Shown here: piece after piece, positions 45,930-50,842 of the stretch
Layout: each line of letters starts with the position of its first letter
How positions within the stretch are numbered: position 1 is the first letter of the stretch
Source: a virus
Lineage: Duplodnaviria > Caudoviricetes
IMG/VR virus record: IMGVR_UViG_3300033073_000489
Span: 18,781 to 82,780 of that record
DNA: 64,000 nucleotides
Strand: one strand, 5' to 3'
Position numbers and translations under genes: made by a program
Notes under the pieces: model-generated
Database searches by the model: none
Told to the model about the DNA's origin: nothing
The model's input: the letters and a program-made list of their open reading frames with translations, nothing else

Positions 45930-46018
45930 TGGAGGAGGGATAGTAGAATCGAACTCTAACCGCTTTCGCAGTCCATCTGTTTTCAAGACAGTGCTGGGCC
46001 CAGCCCAGATAACCCTCC
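45930..46018 (-). tRNA. Atypical tRNA-Ser(UGA)
   Basis: Loop CUUGAAA, long extra arm, CUGGG/CCCAG D stem, bulged T stem, U73. Confidence 0.65.
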
Positions 46019-46109
46019 ATAATAAAAACGCACTCGTCACTTTTCACGACGGTGGTGTGCAGTCCTTACAACCTAACTTATAGCTAGGTCAAGTGCGTTT
46101 TTATTATGG
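46017..46109 (-). ncRNA. Structured spacer pairing the upstream tRNA CCA with the downstream tRNA 5' GG
   Basis: CCAUAAUAAAAACGCACU / AGUGCGUUUUUAUUAUGG, perfect 18 bp. Confidence 0.7.
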
Positions 46110-46227
46110 CCCCGCCCCGTGGATTCGAACCACGATCTCGTCCTTGACATGGAATTGTGTATTATGCTGACTGTATCCTTAACAGGATAACCTTTTAATA
46201 CGTGTGCTACCATTACACCAAGGCGGG
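46107..46227 (-). tRNA. 121-nt tRNA-like gene with expanded anticodon domain
   Basis: Normal acceptor, D and T arms, G73-CCA; insert carries UAUCC-UGUUAA-GGAUA and UCC-AUGUCAA-GGA. Confidence 0.7.
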
Positions 46228-46235
46228 TTAAATTG

Positions 46236-46310
46236 TGGTCTCGCCTGCAGGAATCGAACCCACATTCACAGGGTAGAAGCCTATTGTATTTTCCATTATA
46301 CGAAAGCGAG
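46236..46310 (-). tRNA. tRNA-Arg(UCU)
   Basis: Loop CUUCUAC. Confidence 0.88.
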
Positions 46311-46317
46311 AATTGAA

Positions 46318-46512
46318 TTTGTAAGCATTGCGTCCCTCATATCGCAAACATTTTCCCTTGTAATAAAGCCGGCAGGGTCAAGATACGTCATTACAGTTAC
46401 TCATCCAACGCTTCTATATTTGTGCTAGGGTATTGCGCCCCTCGTTGTTTACCTAATCTTTGGCTGGCCAGCTACTCGAGTTGGTGACTTTCACTTACTG
46501 ACACTTACAAAA
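46318..46512 (-). ncRNA. Candidate ~195-nt structured RNA
   Basis: Closing stem UUUGUAAG/CUUACAAA; AGGG-GCGCAAUA-CCCU, UGUAAUGA/UUAUUACA, UUGCG/CGCAA. Confidence 0.55.
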
Positions 46513-46514
46513 CT

Positions 46515-46589
46515 TGGCGCCCGCATATGGAATCGAACCACAATCCCCGGCTTCGTAGACCAGTGTATTATCCATTATACTATGCGGGC
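46515..46589 (-). tRNA. tRNA-Arg(ACG)
   Basis: Loop CUACGAA. Confidence 0.9.
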
Positions 46590-46597
46590 AAATTAAA

Positions 46598-46656
46598 CAG
46601 GATGCATTTACTTTTTTCCGAATAAAAGAAATGTAATGTTTGCTGTTAGCATCCTA
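46598..46656 (-). ncRNA. CAGCAA-scaffold RNA copy F (short)
   Basis: AGGAUGC-UAA-CAGCAA...GCAUCCUG. Confidence 0.75.
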
Positions 46657-46660
46657 AAAC

Positions 46661-46736
46661 TGGGGAGTTATATGAGGATCGAACTCATACTAGCGGAATC
46701 ACAACCCGCGGTGCAGACCACTACACTAATAACTCC
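46661..46736 (-). tRNA. tRNA-His(GUG)
   Basis: G-1:C73, loop UUGUGAU. Confidence 0.92.
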
Positions 46737-46744
46737 ATAGAACT

Positions 46745-46819
46745 TGGTAGTTCCTACTGGTGTCGAACCAGTCACCTCTACAATGTCAATGTAGCGTTCT
46801 ACCGATGAACTAAGGAACT
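46745..46819 (-). tRNA. tRNA-Val(GAC)
   Basis: Loop UUGACAU. Confidence 0.9.
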
Positions 46820-46821
46820 GT

Positions 46822-46899
46822 TGGTGCGGGATAGGAGATTCGAACTCCTTCTTGCTGGGTGGAAGCCAACTGTGCTAGGCCGTTAAACACTAATCACGC
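46822..46899 (-). tRNA. tRNA-Gly(UCC) variant
   Basis: Loop CUUCCAC; A73. Confidence 0.8.
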
Positions 46900-46905
46900 A
46901 TAACT

Positions 46906-46979
46906 TGGTGCGGGGTAAGGGAGTCGAACCCTTGACTAAACGTTGGCAACGTTTGATTTTACCGTTAAACTAACCACGC
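46906..46979 (-). tRNA. tRNA-Gly(GCC)
   Basis: Loop UUGCCAA; A73. Confidence 0.85.
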
Positions 46980-46986
46980 ATTAAAT

Positions 46987-47061
46987 TGGTAGCCATGGAC
47001 AATTTTGAAATGTCGACCCTCGCCTTATCAAGACGATGCTCTTCCTCTGAGCTACACGGCT
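46987..47061 (-). tRNA. tRNA-Ile(GAU) variant
   Basis: Loop UUGAUAA; atypical T arm GACAU-UUCAAAA-UUGUC. Confidence 0.78.
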
Positions 47062-47062
47062 A

Positions 47063-47136
47063 TGGTTCCTCCAACAAGAATTGAACTTGTAATGACCGGT
47101 TATCAGCCGATTGTTATACCATTTAACTATAGAGGA
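47063..47136 (-). tRNA. tRNA-Ile(GAU)
   Basis: Loop CUGAUAA. Confidence 0.88.
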
Positions 47137-47142
47137 ATAATT

Positions 47143-47217
47143 TGGTGGTGAAGGTGAGATTCGAACTCACACCTTGCTCCGTATGAAGGAGGTGCACAAC
47201 CATTATGCTACTTCACC
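47143..47217 (-). tRNA. tRNA-Met/Ile2(CAU)
   Basis: Loop UUCAUAC; identity not resolvable by eye. Confidence 0.82.
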
Positions 47218-47298
47218 ATATGGAAACACACTAGCCTGCAGGACTACTATTAACTCCACGGGTTCGCCGCTGTTAATAGGTAATGTGTTTTCATATGG
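47216..47298 (-). ncRNA. Structured spacer pairing the upstream tRNA CCA with the downstream tRNA 5' GG
   Basis: CCAUAUG-A-AAACACA / UGUGUUU-C-CAUAUGG plus CUAUUAAC/GUUAAUAG hairpin. Confidence 0.65.
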
Positions 47299-47370
47299 TC
47301 GGAGCACGGGGATTCGAACCCCGAACTGGCGGATTAAAAGTCCGCTGTGATACCATTTCACCATACTCCG
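47296..47370 (-). tRNA. tRNA-Lys(UUU)
   Basis: Loop CUUUUAA. Confidence 0.92.
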
Positions 47371-47374
47371 TATA

Positions 47375-47449
47375 TGGTCCCTCCAGACGGATTCGAACCG
47401 TCACCTCATCGGGTAAGAGCCGAGTATGCTACCATAACACCTCGAAGGG
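47375..47449 (-). tRNA. tRNA-Lys(CUU)
   Basis: Loop CUCUUAC. Confidence 0.85.
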
Positions 47450-47543
47450 ATAGCTTGTATTAAAAAGATCTTTAACATCTTACACTCAGTTAAAGAGTTC
47501 TTTAATGTGCCATCCCGGACCAATACGGAGTCTCAGGATGACA

Positions 47544-47567
47544 CTATCGTTTCATTGAACGTTTCAT
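47544..47567 (-). CDS. Micro-ORF MKRSMKR-amber followed by a hairpin
   Basis: GGAG SD 6 nt upstream; ATG AAA CGT TCA ATG AAA CGA TAG, then an 8-bp stem. Confidence 0.4.
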   Translation of the reverse strand: MKRSMKR

Positions 47568-47590
47568 GTCATTCTCCAAAAAAAAAAATG

Positions 47591-47666
47591 TGGTGCCGCC
47601 TCTAGGGATCGAACCTAGTTCCTCGGTGCTTCAAACCGGTGCTATGACCACATCAGCTAAAGCGGC
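47591..47666 (-). tRNA. tRNA-Phe(GAA)
   Basis: Loop UUGAAGC. Confidence 0.85.
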
Positions 47667-47674
47667 AAATAAAA

Positions 47675-47738
47675 CAGGATGTATTTTTACGGTTTAGATT
47701 AAAAGTCTAATGTATAAATTTTTGCTGTTAACATCCTA
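47675..47738 (-). ncRNA. CAGCAA-scaffold RNA copy G carrying a Lys(UUU)-type anticodon stem-loop
   Basis: AGGAUGU-UAA-CAGCAA...UUAGA-CUUUUAA-UCUAA...ACAUCCUG. Confidence 0.8.
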
Positions 47739-47743
47739 AAACT

Positions 47744-47817
47744 TGGTGCTCCATCGAGGAATCGAACCACGATTGCCGGACTACAAAACCGGAGTATTAC
47801 CATTATACTAATAGAGC
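47744..47817 (-). tRNA. tRNA-Thr(UGU) variant
   Basis: Loop UUUGUAG. Confidence 0.85.
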
Positions 47818-47824
47818 ATTAACT

Positions 47825-47902
47825 TGGTCTCCACGGTAGGATTCGAACCTACAGCCTCCTGACTCCAGATCAGGCCGTCTACCAGATTGACATTACGCAG
47901 AG
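47825..47902 (-). tRNA. tRNA-Pro(UGG) variant
   Basis: Loop UCUGGAG (C33). Confidence 0.8.
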
Positions 47903-47909
47903 ATAAACT

Positions 47910-47983
47910 TGGTGCTTCGTAAAGGAATCGAACCTCTATCTACGGTATGTAACACCGTGGCCCTGCCATTAGACGAACGAAGC
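47910..47983 (-). tRNA. tRNA-Val(UAC) variant
   Basis: Loop GUUACAU (G32). Confidence 0.82.
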
Positions 47984-47988
47984 ATATT

Positions 47989-48075
47989 TGGTGGATAGCA
48001 ACAGAATCGAACTGTTACCCTTTTCAGGGTAGACCGGTTTAGCAAACCAGCTCGTTACCATAAACACTACTATCC
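47989..48075 (-). tRNA. tRNA-Ser(GCU) variant
   Basis: Loop UUGCUAA, long extra arm, A73. Confidence 0.78.
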
Positions 48076-48081
48076 ATAACT

Positions 48082-48156
48082 TGGTGGAAGCCGAGGGAAT
48101 CGAACCCTTCTAGACACGATGCTTGCAAGGCAACGCCGTAGCCCACTACTGCCCCC
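48082..48156 (-). tRNA. tRNA-Ala(UGC) variant with reduced D arm
   Basis: G3:U70, D arm GUAG-UGGG-CUAC, loop CUUGCAA. Confidence 0.75.
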
Positions 48157-48162
48157 AAATTT

Positions 48163-48236
48163 TGGCACCCCCACCAGGATTCGAACCTGGAACGACTGAG
48201 TCAAAGTCAGTTGTGTTACCATTACACCATGGAGGA
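48163..48236 (-). tRNA. tRNA-Gln(UUG)
   Basis: Loop CUUUGAC, G73. Confidence 0.88.
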
Positions 48237-48247
48237 ACAGATTAAAA

Positions 48248-48371
48248 CAGGATAGAATTTAACATAGTGCTACCGTTACACCAAACACCGCCTAAGCGAT
48301 GCCGCGGAGTCGAACCGCTCCCTTACTTTTCAAGAGTAGTAGTTGTTATTAATTTTGCTGTTACTATCCTA
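48248..48371 (-). ncRNA. CAGCAA-scaffold RNA copy H, YrlA-like permuted tRNA mimic
   Basis: AGGAUAG/CUAUCCU encloses UACU-CUUGAAA-AGUA, T arm GCGG-UUCGACU-CCGC, closed acceptor GGCAUCGC-UUAG-GCGGUGUU and D arm GUG-UAACGGUAG-CAC. Confidence 0.85.
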
Positions 48372-48382
48372 AAACTTCTTTG

Positions 48383-48458
48383 CTCCGCATTTGAGAATCG
48401 AACTCAACTAACCACTGATTAACAGTCAGGTCCATGCACCTTGCTCGGATTTTGCGGA
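48383..48458 (-). tRNA. tRNA-Asn(GUU) variant without encoded CCA
   Basis: Loop CUGUUAA, G73; leader CUUCUUCGC pairs with trailer GCAAAGAAG. Confidence 0.65.
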
Positions 48459-48537
48459 GCGAAGAAGTCTTTGCATTAGTTTCTATATCCCCCATTGAAA
48501 CTAACAAACATTGAGTGTATTGCTACACTATTTGCCC

Positions 48538-48612
48538 TGGCGCCGTAGACGAGAATCGAACTCGCCTTAGTCGGATAGACAATCCGTTGCCCTCCCAGAG
48601 AACTACTACGGC
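48538..48612 (-). tRNA. tRNA-Asp(GUC) variant
   Basis: Loop UUGUCUA (U37), G73. Confidence 0.8.
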
Positions 48613-48617
48613 ATATA

Positions 48618-48695
48618 TGGTGCAGCCAAAGGACTCGAACCTTTGCGGGAAACTAGTATGCGGCGCACAGGGCGCCTACCCCATTCCATTGCTGC
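48618..48695 (-). ncRNA. Aberrant tRNA-like RNA (acceptor, T arm and CCA; no canonical D or anticodon arm)
   Basis: GCAGC/GCUGC-ACCA, AAAGG-UUCGAGU-CCUUU; internal GGCGC-CCUGU-GCGCC. Confidence 0.6.
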
Positions 48696-48700
48696 AAAAT

Positions 48701-48775
48701 TGGTATCGCGGACGGGAATCGAACCCGCCTCTTTGGCTTGAAGGGCCAAGGACCTACCCAGAAGTCCACCGCGAT
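48701..48775 (-). tRNA. tRNA-Glu(UUC) variant
   Basis: Loop CCUUCAA (C33), A73. Confidence 0.78.
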
Positions 48776-48780
48776 ATAAC

Positions 48781-48857
48781 TGGAACACCGGGTGGGACTC
48801 AAACCCACGGCTTTACGGATTTGCAATCCGCTACATTGGTCGCTCTGTCACCGGTGC
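48781..48857 (-). tRNA. tRNA-Cys(GCA)
   Basis: Loop UUGCAAA, U73. Confidence 0.88.
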
Positions 48858-48864
48858 ATACATA

Positions 48865-48952
48865 TGGTGGAGCCTGATGGAATCGAACCACTTGCCGCCA
48901 CCCCACTTAATAATGGCTACCGGGTTACAGCCGGCAATGGGGAACAAGCTCC
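48865..48952 (-). tRNA. Atypical D-armless tRNA-Tyr(GUA)-like RNA
   Basis: GGAGCUU/AGGCUCC-ACCA, CCGG-CUGUAAC-CCGG, long extra region; D region reduced to ~11 nt. Confidence 0.6.
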
Positions 48953-48960
48953 ATAATCTT

Positions 48961-49166
48961 CACACACTCTTTCGAATGTGTCGTATAAAATAAGCTAGTT
49001 CATCCCGTCAAAGGGGAAACGTTATACGATTCCTAACTTACTTTATACGCTACCTTTTTACGCATTCTAGTTATCGCCTAGAACTTACCATCCGGTAGGC
49101 CGCCCACATTAAGCCGATGTTTATAGTGCCAGCAGGGTCGCGTTCCCTATACACACTTTTTCGAAA
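48961..49166 (-). ncRNA. Candidate ~205-nt structured RNA at the head of the tRNA array
   Basis: Bracketed by UUCGAAARAGUGUGU direct repeats; hairpins UUCUAG/CUAGAA, AGGG/CCCU, UCCC/GGGA. Confidence 0.6.
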
Positions 49167-49170
49167 TCTT

Positions 49171-49208
49171 AAAAAGCAAAAACCCCAGGGTGTTTAGTCC
49201 TGGGGTCC
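49171..49208 (-). terminator. Attenuator terminator upstream of the tRNA array
   Basis: ACCCCAGG-ACUAAACAC-CCUGGGGU-UUUUGCUUUUU. Confidence 0.85.
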
Positions 49209-49231
49209 TTTTGGGTAAAATTGTGTAGTGT

Positions 49232-49381
49232 TTAGTTACACGATCCTCCAATGGACCCCGGGGTAATCCCCTCTGGTGTGCGATCATAAGACAGACTATT
49301 AATCGCTAACCAGCATGAGGGCATAAAGCCTACATGTTTGGCTATCGTATTAAATTGTTGTTGTCTGTTAAACGATTGCAT
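49232..49381 (-). CDS. Putative leader peptide (49 aa)
   Basis: MQSFNRQQQFNTIAKHVGFMPSCWLAINSLSYDRTPEGITPGSIGGSCN; contains CCGGGGUCC, complementary to the terminator 5' arm. Confidence 0.6.
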   Translation of the reverse strand: MQSFNRQQQFNTIAKHVGFMPSCWLAINSLSYDRTPEGITPGSIGGSCN

Positions 49382-49442
49382 TTTGTTTTCTCTTTAAAAT
49401 CCTTGTTTGTTAACAAGCACCATTGCTTGCTAACTAGTCTCT

Positions 49443-49471
49443 ATTGTAGTGCCTTTCGGCACCTATGTCAA
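49443..49471 (-). promoter_or_regulatory. sigma70 promoter P1 of the tRNA operon
   Basis: TTGACA-N17-TACAAT then AGAGACTAGTTAG; spacer hairpin GTGCC-GAAA-GGCAC. Confidence 0.85.
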
Positions 49472-49541
49472 CAACTTTTGGTAAATCTTTTTGTTGTATT
49501 TTTACAACGCTTAGAAGCACCTTGCTTGCTAACATGTCTCT

Positions 49542-49570
49542 ATTGTATAGTTATTTAGTTCCTGTGTCAA
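49542..49570 (-). promoter_or_regulatory. sigma70 promoter P2 of the tRNA operon
   Basis: TTGACA-N17-TACAAT then AGAGACATGTTAG. Confidence 0.85.
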
Positions 49571-49624
49571 CCTGGTTTTGCAAATTTGAGCAAAAAGATT
49601 GTGCTGACTATCTAACTAGTCTCT

Positions 49625-49653
49625 ATTGTATTGTATATAGTCTCTTCTGTCAA
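49625..49653 (-). promoter_or_regulatory. sigma70 promoter P3 of the tRNA operon
   Basis: TTGACA-N17-TACAAT then AGAGACTAGTTAG. Confidence 0.85.
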
Positions 49654-49709
49654 GACCTATGTTGAAATAGGCGAATTTTGTTGTTTTTTGACAACTGTAA
49701 ACTTTTGTT

Positions 49710-50330
49710 TTAAATCCTGCCCGGGTCGGTGAGCGACAGTTGTTCAAACCCCCACGACCGTTCGTTACAGCCGTTGCATTGATTACACCTTCCAATCTCC
49801 TGTGCCGAACAACTATGAGTGATGTAAAACAACGACTCTAGTTGTAACTGAGAACAAAGATCAACAATATGACTTTTATTTAATTTTGAAAGTGGTGCTT
49901 TAAATTTATCAGTCTCGGTGTAAGGGATTGGTTGCCAACCTACCATATGTTGCGGTAATTGTTGAATTAAACCAGTATATGCTCGATCAAATTGTAAGCG
50001 CCATGCATCATGAACACCAGATTTGACTTGTTGTTCTTCGGGCAAGGTGTTATTGCCCACAATTATCGGGTCAATGTATGGAAGGTCAAACATTGATCGA
50101 ACGTGGGCAATAACTGGTTTAGCAAAATGCTTAGACCCTTCTTTTCGCAAAACAGTAAGAGGAACAATGTCGTGAACTCCGCCTACCCGTCTATTTTCTT
50201 CTAATAACAAGTAATATAAAACTGCACTATCTAAGCCACCGCTTATAAAAATTGCAATCTTTAACGGGTCAAATGGCAACTCTAGTTCAAACGTTCTCCG
50301 ATCTGTTTCGCAACCACAAGCCAGTATCAT
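49710..50330 (-). CDS. QueC-like PP-loop ATPase
   Basis: ISGGLDS, APL..LNK, THSC...CNQCNGC. Confidence 0.7.
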   Translation of the reverse strand: MILACGCETDRRTFELELPFDPLKIAIFISGGLDSAVLYYLLLEENRRVGGVHDIVPLTVLRKEGSKHFAKPVIAHVRSMFDLPYIDPIIVGNNTLPEEQQVKSGVHDAWRLQFDRAYTGLIQQLPQHMVGWQPIPYTETDKFKAPLSKLNKSHIVDLCSQLQLESLFYITHSCSAQEIGRCNQCNGCNERSWGFEQLSLTDPGRI

Positions 50331-50335
50331 AGCGT

Positions 50336-50842
50336 TTAACTATTCAACACCTTAGCAACAGAGTTCATTACTGCGGCAATACGTCCAATGTCACGAAGTT
50401 GTTCTACTGTGTAGCCTTCCTTCTTGAGTGTGTCGTAATGGGCTTTCACACAAAAATGACACTTGCCAACAATACTTGCGGCAAGACTAAACGCTTCAAA
50501 GTTTGCCTTAGTAGTTCCGCCATGTGACGCAATAGCATTCATGCGTAACTGTGCTGGCAGGCCCTTTAGTTGTTCATCATCTGCCATTTCAACGTAAGGA
50601 TACCATACATTGTTCTGTGCCATAATGCTAGCGGCAGTCATTGCGGCTTCTGCATAAACTGGCGCATCTGCTAACATAATGCTTAGAACTTTGCCGTTGC
50701 CTGTTGCGGCCAATGCAGCCACAGCACAACCCATAGCAACATCTGGGTCCAGTGTGCTACGCAAAAGGACAGCGTCCAAGTTTAGTTTGGTGTCCTTTGC
50801 GTATTCTGGCAACGCACCTTTAATAGTGTCGTTGAATGCCAT
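50336..50842 (-). CDS. ahpD: Alkyl hydroperoxide reductase AhpD
   Basis: LPEYAKDTKLNL, CHFCVKAH. Confidence 0.9.
   Translation of the reverse strand: MAFNDTIKGALPEYAKDTKLNLDAVLLRSTLDPDVAMGCAVAALAATGNGKVLSIMLADAPVYAEAAMTAASIMAQNNVWYPYVEMADDEQLKGLPAQLRMNAIASHGGTTKANFEAFSLAASIVGKCHFCVKAHYDTLKKEGYTVEQLRDIGRIAAVMNSVAKVLNS

Noticed and set aside
45930-46018. tRNA-Sec
   Set aside because: Anticodon reads UGA (Ser), not UCA, and the acceptor stem is 7 bp, despite the long D stem.
46107-46227. Self-splicing group I intron in a tRNA
   Set aside because: The insert is about 45 nt, far too short for a group I core.
38932-48371. CRISPR array from the repeated AACAGGAT...TTGCTG...ATCCTAAA motif
   Set aside because: Copies are irregularly dispersed, act as paired ends of a stem and enclose 35-215 nt inserts; no constant repeat-spacer period and no cas genes.
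44466-49665. ORFs overlapping tRNA genes or promoter repeats (44466, 44577, 45531, 45544, 45883, 48515, 48606, 49334, 49465)
   Set aside because: Translations of tRNA or promoter sequence; no protein features.
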